Notes: a model not told the origin generated them from the sequence alone. Positions 10,720-20,947 are shown, numbered from the stretch's first letter. The stretch: DNA of 64,000 nucleotides from Fidelibacterota bacterium (GCA_045560295.1 JBJKZL010000001.1:661973-725972); one strand, 5' to 3'. Numbers and translations are program-made.

Positions 10720-11208
10720 TCAACTACCTGTATTAACGGTAGCATCTATCACTAATGATAGCGTGTCCATGTCTTGACTAAATGTAAACTCTGTAGCATC
10801 TGCGTAAAATATAAATTGTCCAGTTGGTGCAAACATGTTTCCACTATGCGTTCCCCAAACATATTGATTAGTTTGTGGATTAGCATCATTTGGATCTCTC
10901 CACGAAATAGATGCTAATTTATAGCTATCAAAATCTAATTCATCAAACATAAGACTAATAGTGCCGCCTTGTACTTGACTACTTTCAACTACAACACTCT
11001 TGTATGGTGCTCCTGATGGAGGCCAAGTTTTATCTAATGAAACAAATACTGTTCCTTCTGACGGCCATGCTTCTGGATTAGAAACATTAATAGTAAGATT
11101 TAATGTTCCAGTTGTAGCTGGATCGCTACTTCCACTATCTTCACATGATACAAAAAACATCATTGAAAAAGCAAGTGTAGCTATTGTAGTTTTTCTTAGA
11201 ATATTCAT
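10720..11208 (-). CDS. Lipoprotein of unknown function
   Basis: Signal peptide with FVSC lipobox, Ser-rich linker, beta-rich domain; GGGG RBS. Confidence 0.75.
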   Translation of the reverse strand: MNILRKTTIATLAFSMMFFVSCEDSGSSDPATTGTLNLTINVSNPEAWPSEGTVFVSLDKTWPPSGAPYKSVVVESSQVQGGTISLMFDELDFDSYKLASISWRDPNDANPQTNQYVWGTHSGNMFAPTGQFIFYADATEFTFSQDMDTLSLVIDATVNTGS

Positions 11209-11332
11209 TTTTTCCCCTTTTTTTATTTATCTATTCTTAAATAGTCATGAATTTTAATATTGAAAAAAATTACACACAAGCCTTTTTGAGATACAATCTC
11301 ATTACTTTGTAATTTTACTTAAGCATTACTAT

Positions 11333-13480
11333 CTAAAATGATTTTTCATAGCCAAGACTTACCACCCGTCCAGGCATAGGATAATCTTGTATAAGCTGAT
11401 AGTCTACATCAAATATATTCGATACTTTAAAAGAAATTTTACTACCTAATAACTGATAGCTTCCATTGTAGTTAAATAGCATTAATGCATCTAACTTTTT
11501 AATAGGGAATCTAATTTCACTGCCTTCATATTCACGATCATCACTTAAAAAATCTTGGTAGTCTTGTTCTGATTGATATCTCATAGATATAATATTACTT
11601 ATTTTGCCTTTAGTATATTTGATACTAGATACTAATTTATGTTTTGGGCGATATAAAATAGGGTCAATATCATTTAAGTCATTTACACGTAAATAAGTAT
11701 AGCCGGCATTAATACTAATTCTGTCATTAAGTTTATAATTTATGTTTGTTTCTAATCCACATGAACTGATATCAGATCTATTACGAGCTACTACGGGTAA
11801 TCCATACACAAAGTCTATCATATCTTCATACACATAATAGAAAGTGCTTGCTGAAAAAGATAAGTCAGATAAATTTGAAAGATCATATCCTATATCTAAT
11901 CCATATAGTTGTTCTGGTATTAAATTAGGGTTACCTTGCGTGTATAGTCCATAATCCGTTGCATACTGTAAAAACATTTCTGATAACGAAGGGGACCTGA
12001 ATCCTTTACTTAAAGCAAAATTCCATGTTGAATAGATATCTTGTTTGTAACTCAGATTAACTTTTGGAGATACATTGCTAAATGTTTTATTGCTATAAAT
12101 GTCTCCTCGATCAATTGATCTGTAATCAATTCTTAAACCAACACCAAGTAATAATTTTTCACTTAATATAATTCTATTTTGTGCAAAAACACCTGCAGTA
12201 AACTGCATTGGATTACTATATACATCTTTATATATAGATATATCTGACCGTTCAGCAATAAGGTCTGATCCAACAATAAGATACGATTTATCATTAAATA
12301 ATTTTTGATATTCAGCTCTTAGATTTAAGCTTGTATCATTATAAAATGTATCATCTTGACCTTCATCTTCCGGAGTATCAGTTCTATCTTGATAATATGT
12401 ATAGAAATGATTAATACTCGCAGAATAAACTAAATTATTATTGTTATTAAGATTTTGCTTTTTAAATAATTGCAAGTAAACAGAATCTCTATCTGATAAT
12501 CGATAAGATATCAAAGATGGTCTTTCTTCGACAGAAAAACCTGGCTGACCATTTGATGATCGATTAGCTATAAAAGACACAGACAAATCTTTATCTTTAT
12601 TATTCATTTTAACATAAAGATTATTTTGCTCATATTGAGCATTGAATCGATGTCCATCACCTTTTTTATATTGTAATAATGTCGTATAGGAAACATTATT
12701 ATGCATATTATTCATTCCAATATTAATATCTTTTTTATTAAAACTTCCTAAAGTGACTTTTGAATTAATAAACTCTTCTGAATAATTTTTGGTGACTAAA
12801 TTAATAATTCCGCCCATAGAGTTTTGACCATATAAAGACGAGACAGGACCTTTTACAACCTCTACTCTATCAAGAAAGTCTAATGGCATCCCGTTCCAAT
12901 CAATGGAACCTGAGTAGGGCATACTGATTTGGAATCCATCTAGCAAAACTAAAACTCTATTATTGTAACCACCTGGTTTATAGTCGGATGAACCTCGAAT
13001 AGAAAAATTTGCATTACGGCCATTATTGTGTTCCATTTGAACATCAACGCCTCCAACATTTCTAAATAATTCAGACATTGTTTGATAATCATTATCTGTT
13101 ATATCTTGATTAGAAATATTTTCAGTCAAATAGGGAACGTGCTTAGATGGGAATCGCCCTACAACATTTAAGGTTTTTGCTAAAACAGATTCATCTTCTA
13201 ATTCAATGGATAAGTTTAAAAAATTGCGATTGAGATTGATTGTTATATATTTATCTTTATATCCAATAGCACTTACTATTAGAGTGTAATTATTAGATTC
13301 TAATCCTGTGAACGTAAATAATCCTTCTTTACTAGATGCCGTTCCTAGTTCACTATCCTGGATAAATATATTAACATCCTGAATTGGATTAAGTGTGCTT
13401 TGAGAAATAATTCTTCCAGACAGGTCAAACCCTTGAGCATAAATAAAAGATAAAAGTATAATAAATATCGATTTTCTCAT
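11333..13480 (-). CDS. TonB-dependent outer membrane receptor
   Basis: Carboxypeptidase-regulatory-like N domain, plug SIRGS...VLVLLDG, RVEVVKGPVSSLYG...GGIINLVTK, C-terminal NIFD..Y...PGR...F. Confidence 0.93.
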   Translation of the reverse strand: MRKSIFIILLSFIYAQGFDLSGRIISQSTLNPIQDVNIFIQDSELGTASSKEGLFTFTGLESNNYTLIVSAIGYKDKYITINLNRNFLNLSIELEDESVLAKTLNVVGRFPSKHVPYLTENISNQDITDNDYQTMSELFRNVGGVDVQMEHNNGRNANFSIRGSSDYKPGGYNNRVLVLLDGFQISMPYSGSIDWNGMPLDFLDRVEVVKGPVSSLYGQNSMGGIINLVTKNYSEEFINSKVTLGSFNKKDINIGMNNMHNNVSYTTLLQYKKGDGHRFNAQYEQNNLYVKMNNKDKDLSVSFIANRSSNGQPGFSVEERPSLISYRLSDRDSVYLQLFKKQNLNNNNNLVYSASINHFYTYYQDRTDTPEDEGQDDTFYNDTSLNLRAEYQKLFNDKSYLIVGSDLIAERSDISIYKDVYSNPMQFTAGVFAQNRIILSEKLLLGVGLRIDYRSIDRGDIYSNKTFSNVSPKVNLSYKQDIYSTWNFALSKGFRSPSLSEMFLQYATDYGLYTQGNPNLIPEQLYGLDIGYDLSNLSDLSFSASTFYYVYEDMIDFVYGLPVVARNRSDISSCGLETNINYKLNDRISINAGYTYLRVNDLNDIDPILYRPKHKLVSSIKYTKGKISNIISMRYQSEQDYQDFLSDDREYEGSEIRFPIKKLDALMLFNYNGSYQLLGSKISFKVSNIFDVDYQLIQDYPMPGRVVSLGYEKSF

Positions 13481-13624
13481 AAAAGTTTTTTCTCTTTTTA
13501 CTACTTAATTCAAAAGATACTATTACAGGAAAAATTTATTTGCAAGTTATTTGAGATAGGATTTTGATATATTTTTCTTATTATAATGGAACACTAAAAA
13601 AGTTATGTTAATTTAATTGTATAT

Positions 13625-14245
13625 ATGAATCACAAAACAAATATTGCAATGGTTATTAATGGAGAATTTCCTACTGATAGTAGAATTATTGATAAAATTA
13701 AATCAGCTGAAAAAGTGATTGCAGTTGATGGCGCAACAAATACTTTAATTGACCAGGGCATCATACCATCGATAGCTATAGGAGATTTTGATTCAATAAG
13801 GCTATCTTATAAAGATAAAGTTTCTGAAATAGTTCATACAGAGGATCAAAATAAAACGGACTTGGAAAAAGCGTTAGACTGGTGTATTGATAATAACTAT
13901 TTATCATTATCAATATTTGGATTTCCCGGAAAAAGTGAAGATCATTTTTTAGGAAATTTTTTTGCTATTAACGATTATTATGATGCTATAGAATTTAAAA
14001 TTTATACAGATTATTCTACCATCACACCCTGCATAGGAAAAACTGTATTCGATTCTTTTAAAGGAGAGACTGTAAGTATTGTTAGTTTTGAAATGAATAA
14101 TAAGGTTACTTCTACAAATCTTGAATATCCTTTAGATTCATATAAATTATCTCCTTCTACGCGAGCAATTAGAAATCAGTCTTTGGGGGGCAGTTTTACT
14201 ATTGAATCATCTGAAAAATTAATGGTCTTTCAAATCAGAGATTAG
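13625..14245 (+). CDS. thiN: Thiamine diphosphokinase
   Basis: IAVDGA, IGDFDSI, DQNKTDLEKAL, DHFLGN, LEYPL. Confidence 0.9.
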   Translation: MNHKTNIAMVINGEFPTDSRIIDKIKSAEKVIAVDGATNTLIDQGIIPSIAIGDFDSIRLSYKDKVSEIVHTEDQNKTDLEKALDWCIDNNYLSLSIFGFPGKSEDHFLGNFFAINDYYDAIEFKIYTDYSTITPCIGKTVFDSFKGETVSIVSFEMNNKVTSTNLEYPLDSYKLSPSTRAIRNQSLGGSFTIESSEKLMVFQIRD

Positions 14246-15227
14246 ATCTAGTAGCTAAACTATTAGCCTTAGCTCTAGTAAGTAAAGCTTGCTGAGCTAA
14301 TTGAGGATTTTCTAAATTTTTTGACCACGCTTTTAGGGCATCTTGCTGTAACGCCCTTCCATATGAAAATGTTACATTCCAGTCAGTGTCTTTTTTATTC
14401 ATTTCATTTAAGTGTGCAGTTGCAAGATCATTAGACTGCCCACCTGAAAGAAAGGCTATACCAGGAACATCTGATGGAACATTTTTTTTCAAGCATTCTA
14501 AAGTTTTTTCTGAAACAAGTTCAATGCTTGCTTGATTTTCACAACTGTAGCCTGACAATACCATATTAGGTTTAAGTACTATTCCTTTTAAATCAACATG
14601 GTGCTTTTCTAACTGATCAAATACTTCAGTTAATGTTTTATCTGTTACTTCAAATGATTTATCGATGGTATGATTACCATCCATTAAAACTTCAGGCTCA
14701 ACAATTGGTACTAAATTTGCTTGTTGACATAATAAGGCATACTTGGCTAAGCCTTGAGCGTTAGCTAAAATACAATCATCTGTTGGAATTCCATGACCCA
14801 AAGTAATGACTGCTCTCCATTTTGCAAAACGGGCACCTAGAGAATAGTATTCTCCAAGTCTTTCCGATAATCCATCTAATCCTGTTGTATTTTTTTCTTC
14901 TGAACCTTCTTTTAGAGGGTGCGCTCCAGTATCAACTTTAATTCCAGGCAATATATCTTTTGACTGCAAATATTCAGGAATAAGATTATCTGATCCAGAA
15001 ATTTTTTGTCTAAAAGTTTCATCATATAATATGACTCCACTAATATATTTTTCTAATCCAGGTGATGTAAAAAGAGTACTTCGATAATTACATCGAGTTT
15101 CAGGTGTAGATTCTACGCCTATACTTTCAAATCGTTTTGAGCAAGTTCCAGTGCTTTCATCAGCAGCTAAAACTCCTTTTCCTTTTGCAACCATTCGTGC
15201 TGCAACACTATGTAGTTCAGACATCAA
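14235..15227 (-). CDS. Class I fructose-bisphosphate aldolase (eukaryote-like family)
   Basis: GKGVLAADES, FAKWRAV, VPIVEPEVL, LKPNMV, FLSGGQS, FSYGRALQ. Confidence 0.95.
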   Translation of the reverse strand: MMSELHSVAARMVAKGKGVLAADESTGTCSKRFESIGVESTPETRCNYRSTLFTSPGLEKYISGVILYDETFRQKISGSDNLIPEYLQSKDILPGIKVDTGAHPLKEGSEEKNTTGLDGLSERLGEYYSLGARFAKWRAVITLGHGIPTDDCILANAQGLAKYALLCQQANLVPIVEPEVLMDGNHTIDKSFEVTDKTLTEVFDQLEKHHVDLKGIVLKPNMVLSGYSCENQASIELVSEKTLECLKKNVPSDVPGIAFLSGGQSNDLATAHLNEMNKKDTDWNVTFSYGRALQQDALKAWSKNLENPQLAQQALLTRAKANSLATRSNL

Positions 15228-16170
15228 GTCCTCCTAAATTATATTCGTTAGTAATCAACTTAACTTCTCCAGTACCTCCAAAGATTATTTTTGAAGTTAC
15301 CATTGCTCTATCTTCTACAAATTTTACTCCAGGAACCCACCCCGAACAAACACCGCTTGCTATAAAAAATGTATCATCAGATGTACACAGATCATTTGCA
15401 GTCCAAATTTTATTGATATCACTTCCAACCATTTTTTGAGCCCTACTTTCAAATTCTTTATCATAAAAAACTAATTGGCCTTCAAAAAACCCACCTAGAG
15501 CTCTAACTGCAGTTGCAGTAATTACTCCTTCTGGAGCTGCTCCGATACCATACAATAAATCTACTTCTCCTTGTACTGCCTTTAATCCTCCGGTCACATC
15601 TCCATCACCTATTAAAATAGGACTCACCCCAAAAGATTCTATTGATGCTATTAAATCTTTATGACGATCTCTGTCCATCACAATCACTTTCAAATGTTTG
15701 ACGTCTTTCTTTAAAACTTTTGCAGTAGCTACTAAATTTTCTTCTACTGTCTTTGTTAGCCCAATATGACCAATTAATTCTTTTCTACCACACAGCTTAT
15801 TCATATATGTGTCTGGAGCATGTAGTAACGATCCTGCAGGTGCCCCTGCAAGAACTGCAATAGAGTCTGGTAAATCAAAGGCACAGTGATTAGTACATTC
15901 CAGTGGATCTACAGCAATATCAACTTTTATCTCACTATTATCTTTGCCTAATTTTTCTCCAATAAATAACATGGGGGCCTCATCTCGCTCTCCTTCTCCA
16001 ATTACAACCGTAGTTAAAATTTCCTGATTACTTAAAACTGATCTCATTGCCTCTGTAGCAGCCTGGTCTGCTATTTTTCCGTCTCTACAACCTCTCAATT
16101 TAGCAGCAGCAATAGCTGCTTGTTCAGTCGCTTTTAAAAATGGTTCATAATGTTCTAATATTTTATTCAT
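15217..16170 (-). CDS. glpX: Class II fructose-1,6-bisphosphatase
   Basis: VVIGEGERDEAPMLFIGE, DIAVDPLE, APDTYM, GDGDV, APEGVI. Confidence 0.93.
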   Translation of the reverse strand: MNKILEHYEPFLKATEQAAIAAAKLRGCRDGKIADQAATEAMRSVLSNQEILTTVVIGEGERDEAPMLFIGEKLGKDNSEIKVDIAVDPLECTNHCAFDLPDSIAVLAGAPAGSLLHAPDTYMNKLCGRKELIGHIGLTKTVEENLVATAKVLKKDVKHLKVIVMDRDRHKDLIASIESFGVSPILIGDGDVTGGLKAVQGEVDLLYGIGAAPEGVITATAVRALGGFFEGQLVFYDKEFESRAQKMVGSDINKIWTANDLCTSDDTFFIASGVCSGWVPGVKFVEDRAMVTSKIIFGGTGEVKLITNEYNLGGLDV

Positions 16171-16696
16171 TCAATGAGTCAATAAGTGTAAATAATTCAT
16201 TTATCTGTTCAGGAGTAGAAAATCCATCAAATTTACCCTTAATGATTCCATCCTGATTAAGTACATAAATATAACAACTTTTTTTACTACTAATCCCAAG
16301 TGATTTATAGTATTCTCTTAAAGGTCCATAGTATGTTACGGTAAAATCATGTAATGGCTTTGGTACACCATTTTGCATTCCTCCATCAATCCAATTACGT
16401 GCCATTGTCCATTGACCTCCTAACATAGGAATCTCATAGTATTGAACATTTTGATCGATGCCATACTTTGGTAATAATTCATCTGCCCACGTATTTATAC
16501 ACAGCTGAGCTTTTTGTTTAAATGCTACTGATAAAACTGCTACTCTTCCACTGATATCATCTGGAAATGTCACATCATTTCCCGAAAGTGAAGTTCCGGA
16601 GACAGTCGGAAATTTTTTGTTTAAAAAATTTTCAGATGCGTAAGCAATGTTTGAAAAAAATATAATCGTCATTAGAACTGTTAATGTTTTTTTCAT
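16163..16696 (-). CDS. Exported thioredoxin-fold protein (ATP10-like), no CxxC
   Basis: Signal peptide; FPTVSGTSLSG..VTFPDD, YYEIPML, WIDGGM. Confidence 0.55.
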   Translation of the reverse strand: MKKTLTVLMTIIFFSNIAYASENFLNKKFPTVSGTSLSGNDVTFPDDISGRVAVLSVAFKQKAQLCINTWADELLPKYGIDQNVQYYEIPMLGGQWTMARNWIDGGMQNGVPKPLHDFTVTYYGPLREYYKSLGISSKKSCYIYVLNQDGIIKGKFDGFSTPEQINELFTLIDSLNE

Positions 16697-16751
16697 TTAT
16701 TTCTCCTCTTCAAAAATGATATTATAATTATACCGATCAGAATTAAGGTTT

Positions 16752-17459
16752 TCACTTAGATTTCTTCTCAGCAAAATAAAATGGTAAATATAGCATATAA
16801 AATATTCCTGCCACCAAAGGAAATACTGGAATGACATGCATTGGAGGATCTGGAAAAAGGGTCATTAAAGACTCACCTGCTGGAGCTTTCATTAAATACC
16901 ATAAATTTGCCTCGTATCCAGGTTCTCCCCCAATTAATAGATTTAAGCCATACATAATTGGTAATAGAATCAGTGAATATTTTAATGCATTAACTAAAGA
17001 AGAAAATGTTACTTTTTGACCAATTACAATTACAATATACATGAGTCCAAAAAATAGCAGTCCATGCCCTGAGAATAATGTAATAAAATCAAGATCTGGA
17101 AAAGTAAATTCTACATCAGGAGTTAGAAGAGCCATCGTTCCTCCGCCAAGCCCCCAAAAATATGCAAAATCAAAAAAGCGTTGGTGTCGTGTTAGCAAAA
17201 AAAGACCTGTAGCATAAGAAGACATATGACAGGCATGTAGTGGAACTGTATTTGTCCATCGATAGTCTCCAAATGCAATTAAATAGAATGGTTTCATTAG
17301 CTCGTTTAAAATAAGTGCACATCCCAGGATTTTTTCAAACTGCGAAAGAGAATCTAAGCTATATTTATCTCGCAGAAAAAAAGGAACTCCAAGCGAGATT
17401 GCAAAGATGATTGCGAGGGTTAATAAATGAGTAGTACCAAATAAAATAAATTCATTCAT
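16752..17459 (-). CDS. TIGR02206/YwaF family membrane protein
   Basis: FGTTHL, PLHACH, ALLTPD, HG, NLWYLMKAP. Confidence 0.8.
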   Translation of the reverse strand: MNEFILFGTTHLLTLAIIFAISLGVPFFLRDKYSLDSLSQFEKILGCALILNELMKPFYLIAFGDYRWTNTVPLHACHMSSYATGLFLLTRHQRFFDFAYFWGLGGGTMALLTPDVEFTFPDLDFITLFSGHGLLFFGLMYIVIVIGQKVTFSSLVNALKYSLILLPIMYGLNLLIGGEPGYEANLWYLMKAPAGESLMTLFPDPPMHVIPVFPLVAGIFYMLYLPFYFAEKKSK

Positions 17460-17481
17460 GATTCAAAGAATCTAATAAAAG

Positions 17482-17898
17482 TTAGGTTATAAGTTCATCA
17501 ATTATTAATAGCATCCTCATTGACCAAAGAAAAGTTCTTATCCAGTTAGTATTCACCAACTTTTCAATCATCGCATTATCTTTTTTTTGAGAAAGAATAT
17601 TATGAATTGGAACCTGTATAAAGAAGGTTGAACACCATATCAATCCAACAACTATAAGATTTAATAAAAAAGTGTGATTCGACATATCATTAAAATAAAG
17701 AGCAACTGAAGAGATTAATTCTAAGATCATTAAGGGCATAACAATAATAGATATTCTACGTTCATGAAACTGATGAAAATTTACAAAAGACAGCTTATCG
17801 ATATAATGAAAAGATGGATAGTGAACTATTTGAATTGTCCAAATTACTCCTGTTAAAAAAAAAGCTGAAATAACGTTTAAAAAGAAAATAAAATCCAT
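17482..17898 (-). CDS. Conserved four-helix membrane protein
   Basis: GVIWTIQIVHYPSF, QVPIHNIL, NWIRTFLW. Confidence 0.7.
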   Translation of the reverse strand: MDFIFFLNVISAFFLTGVIWTIQIVHYPSFHYIDKLSFVNFHQFHERRISIIVMPLMILELISSVALYFNDMSNHTFLLNLIVVGLIWCSTFFIQVPIHNILSQKKDNAMIEKLVNTNWIRTFLWSMRMLLIIDELIT

Positions 17899-18321
17899 TT
17901 AATGACAGCTAACATTATACTTTTTTAATCTCCAATAATTATAAGGCCAAGGAGTTAAAAAGCCTGCTAATAACATTATAGGCATTACCCACCAAGTAAG
18001 TAATGCTCCACCAGTTAATAATACATCAGTGACATTCATTGCAGTTTCCATTGCTACCATTGAAATAAAACTCATACCAATAGCTGTTTTAAAAGCCAAG
18101 CTTAATATCATCTGCCTACTCAAAATAAAAGTTTCTAATGCAATACTTGTTAACAAACCATTTATGATTGCAAGTGACATTACTTGCCACACAGACCAAC
18201 TATGTTCAATCATTTGAAATGTAAATATAGTTCCAAAATCACCAATAGAACATCCTAGTAGACACCATGCAGTATTAACTGCGGATTTTTTCCATGTATG
18301 TTTACATTTCCAACTAATCAT
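17899..18321 (-). CDS. DUF4396 membrane protein
   Basis: TAWCLLGCSIGDFGT, GMSFISMVAME, GFLTPWPYNYWRLKK..SCH. Confidence 0.82.
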   Translation of the reverse strand: MISWKCKHTWKKSAVNTAWCLLGCSIGDFGTIFTFQMIEHSWSVWQVMSLAIINGLLTSIALETFILSRQMILSLAFKTAIGMSFISMVAMETAMNVTDVLLTGGALLTWWVMPIMLLAGFLTPWPYNYWRLKKYNVSCH

Positions 18322-18346
18322 AATAGTGTTAATTTAATAGAGTTAC

Positions 18347-18988
18347 ATGAAAAAAAAATTAATTCTATTTCTTTTAATCTGTTTTCCAGTTTTATGGTAT
18401 TTGTCTATACCAAAAGAACAGGAATTTGTACTTCCAATTTTTACTCCTTCAGATTTACGCTCTAACTTAGTTCATCCTTCCTTGGTAGGAAAAAAAGAGC
18501 ATATCGTGCCAAATTTTTCTTTTATCGATCAAAATGGAAATATAGTTTCGGAGAAGACTGTTGAAAATAAAATTTATATAGTTGATTTCTTTTTTACATC
18601 TTGTCCATCTATATGTATAGACCTCACTAATAATATAAAAGAAGTGCAAAGTGTATTTGAAGAGAATGATGATGTTTTGATTTTATCCCATAGCGTTGAT
18701 CCAAAAGTAGATAATATTGAACGACTACAAAAATATGCTTCTATCAATAATATTAATAATGAAAAATGGTTTTTACTTACAGGTCCAATAGAAGAAACTA
18801 TTCGAATGGCACAATTGGGTTACTTTGCAATTGCTTCTATTGCCAATCATGATGAGAATAGTTTAATCCATACAGAAAATGTTATACTTATTGATAAGAA
18901 TCGACAAATTAGAGGAATTTATAACGGGACTTCCTCATTAGAAATAAGCTATTTGATTGATGATATAAACAAACTTTTATCTTATTGA
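18347..18988 (+). CDS. SCO family copper chaperone
   Basis: FFFTSCPSIC (CxxxC), SVDPKVD, conserved His in IHTE. Confidence 0.92.
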   Translation: MKKKLILFLLICFPVLWYLSIPKEQEFVLPIFTPSDLRSNLVHPSLVGKKEHIVPNFSFIDQNGNIVSEKTVENKIYIVDFFFTSCPSICIDLTNNIKEVQSVFEENDDVLILSHSVDPKVDNIERLQKYASINNINNEKWFLLTGPIEETIRMAQLGYFAIASIANHDENSLIHTENVILIDKNRQIRGIYNGTSSLEISYLIDDINKLLSY

Positions 18989-19053
18989 CAATAATGAAAA
19001 AAAGAATGCAAATTTGATGAGTCTAGAATTATGATTAACAAAAAGGAAAAATC

Positions 19054-19554
19054 ATGAAAAAGTTTTTATTATTCTCACTATTGTTATCTCAACTAACATT
19101 TGCTCAAGATGAAATTGGATTCTTTGGTAGCCAGTTTAGTAGAGGAACTTTATATCTTGGAAGTGAAGTTCTAACATATGATGTCGAGGGAAGTAATGCA
19201 CCAGCGGATGTACAAGGAGATCCAACTTTTACATTAAAGCCAGAAGTAGGTTATTTCTTTATGGATAATTTAGGAGCGTATGCTAAATATTATAAATCAA
19301 ATGGTCTGGGTACAGAATACGGACTTGGATTAATGTACACGTTTCCTGACTTTTATATGACTGGAGTTTATAAGCCAAAAGATACTAATGATCAACATAT
19401 TCAAGGTACAGTTGGAAGGTTATTTCAACTACAGAGCCCATCTCAAGTTTATTTAAATCTCGGATTAAACTATTCTTTATACTCTGAAAAAGAACAGAAA
19501 GAATTGCAATTATTGCTCAAGGGTTTATATGTAGGTATTGGAATGGCCTTTTAA
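19054..19554 (+). CDS. Small outer-membrane beta-barrel protein
   Basis: Signal peptide, amphipathic strands, LKPEVGYF, C-terminal Phe. Confidence 0.6.
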   Translation: MKKFLLFSLLLSQLTFAQDEIGFFGSQFSRGTLYLGSEVLTYDVEGSNAPADVQGDPTFTLKPEVGYFFMDNLGAYAKYYKSNGLGTEYGLGLMYTFPDFYMTGVYKPKDTNDQHIQGTVGRLFQLQSPSQVYLNLGLNYSLYSEKEQKELQLLLKGLYVGIGMAF

Positions 19555-19578
19555 GACATAATTATATTTTTTCAAAAG

Positions 19579-19607
19579 AAGGCAGATGAATAATCTGCCT
19601 TTTTTTT
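19579..19607. terminator. Intrinsic terminator
   Basis: AAGGCAGAT-GAATA-ATCTGCCTT followed by a T-run. Confidence 0.85.
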
Positions 19608-19608
19608 A

Positions 19609-19836
19609 TCATATCTTAAATGAACTATTTTTAATGTAATTCATACTGAACAAAAATACCAAAGCGGAAAATAAGTGATATACTGCTATATTTAATTTAT
19701 CAATATGTAAAATTGAGAGAACAATACTTCCAATAAAAAAAATAAACTGGGATAAAAATAATAGCTTAGTATGTCTGTTTAGTTCTGGGAAAAAGAATCT
19801 TAAAAATATTAGCCACTTCAGTATACTATTCTTCAT
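19609..19836 (-). CDS. Small hypothetical membrane protein
   Basis: ATG at 19836 overlaps the SDR stop (ATGA); two hydrophobic segments. Confidence 0.5.
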   Translation of the reverse strand: MKNSILKWLIFLRFFFPELNRHTKLLFLSQFIFFIGSIVLSILHIDKLNIAVYHLFSALVFLFSMNYIKNSSFKI

Positions 19837-20597
19837 TTTTCTACCAACTTTCTTATATTTGCAAGCCATGCGTCATAATCATGAGCCTTTCCTTGAAGAT
19901 ATTGCAGTACCTGTGGGTGTGGTAAAATTAAGAAATCTTCTTTTTCAAGGCCCTTGACAGTATCATCGGCTACTTGATCTGGACTCAATAATCCATCTCT
20001 CATCAATGGATGATTTATATCTAATACTCCTGTTGAAGTCACCATATCTGTTTCAACGAGCTGCGGACAAAGTACTGAAACCTTTACGCCTTTGTTTCCA
20101 TACATAATAGATAAGTTTTCGGCTAAACCTAATGCTGCATGCTTTGTAGTAGCATAAGACATTGCTCCAGGCATATTCAATAAACCAGCTGCAGAAACAG
20201 TTATTAAGAAATAACCATCTTCATTATCAACCATGTGGGGGATTAATACACGCGCTGCATAAATATGAGACATAACATTTACTTGCCATGTTTTATCCCA
20301 AGATTCATCAGTTGTGCTTAATGTTCCAAATTCTTGAATGCCTGCATTTGAACAAAATAAATCAATCTTACTAATTTGATTAATAATTTTATTAAGAGTT
20401 GATTTTAGATTATCAGAATTAGATACATCTACGACATATCCTTTGACTCCCATTAATTCTGCCACATGAATAACATTAGGATTAATGTCGATCAGGTGGA
20501 CAGAATTAGGGGATTCGTTTAGAAATCGTTTTGCTAGTGCTTTACCGATACCATCGGCTCCACCAGTAATAACTATATTTTTATCTTTCAGATTCAT
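19833..20597 (-). CDS. Short-chain dehydrogenase/reductase
   Basis: TGGADGIG, NAG, YATTK. Confidence 0.92.
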   Translation of the reverse strand: MNLKDKNIVITGGADGIGKALAKRFLNESPNSVHLIDINPNVIHVAELMGVKGYVVDVSNSDNLKSTLNKIINQISKIDLFCSNAGIQEFGTLSTTDESWDKTWQVNVMSHIYAARVLIPHMVDNEDGYFLITVSAAGLLNMPGAMSYATTKHAALGLAENLSIMYGNKGVKVSVLCPQLVETDMVTSTGVLDINHPLMRDGLLSPDQVADDTVKGLEKEDFLILPHPQVLQYLQGKAHDYDAWLANIRKLVEK

Positions 20598-20606
20598 TTG
20601 ATTATG

Positions 20607-20678
20607 TACCCCAGGAAGGACTCGAACCTACAACCAATGGCTTAAGAGGCCACTGCTCTACCATTGAGCTACTGAGGC
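20607..20678 (-). tRNA. tRNA-Lys (anticodon CTT)
   Basis: Reverse complement GCCTCAGTAGCTCAATGGTAGAGCAGTGGCCT-CTT-AAGCCATTGGTTGTAGGTTCGAGTCCTTCCTGGGGTA folds as a cloverleaf; CCA not encoded. Confidence 0.93.
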
Positions 20679-20734
20679 AATTCTCTTAAAGCTTTAATAA
20701 ATATATTATGTAATTACAAACTAACTATATACTA

Positions 20735-20947
20735 CTAAACTGCTGTTACTTTGACTGCTTTATCACCTCTATCATCGGACTCTACTTCAAACTCAACCGC
20801 TTGGTCTTGTTTAAGAGTCTTAAAATCATTATCTGATTCGATGCTAGAGAAATGAACAAAAACGTCGTTTCCATCTTCTTTAGTGATGAAACCGTAACCT
20901 TTTTTTTCATTAAAGAACTTTACAGTACCTTTTTCTCTGTCACTCAT
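20735..20947 (-). CDS. Cold-shock protein
   Basis: [15 protein letters not shown] (RNP1), DVFVHFS (RNP2). Confidence 0.95.
   Translation of the reverse strand: MSDREKGTVKFFNEKKGYGFITKEDGNDVFVHFSSIESDNDFKTLKQDQAVEFEVESDDRGDKAVKVTAV

Noticed and set aside
13481-13624. TPP or cobalamin riboswitch
   Set aside because: Very AT-rich, with no recognisable conserved aptamer motifs.
14235-16170. Calvin-cycle cluster
   Set aside because: No RuBisCO or phosphoribulokinase in the window; gluconeogenesis explains the pair.
20607-20678. tRNA as an island integration site
   Set aside because: No duplicated tRNA 3' end or integrase seen in the window.
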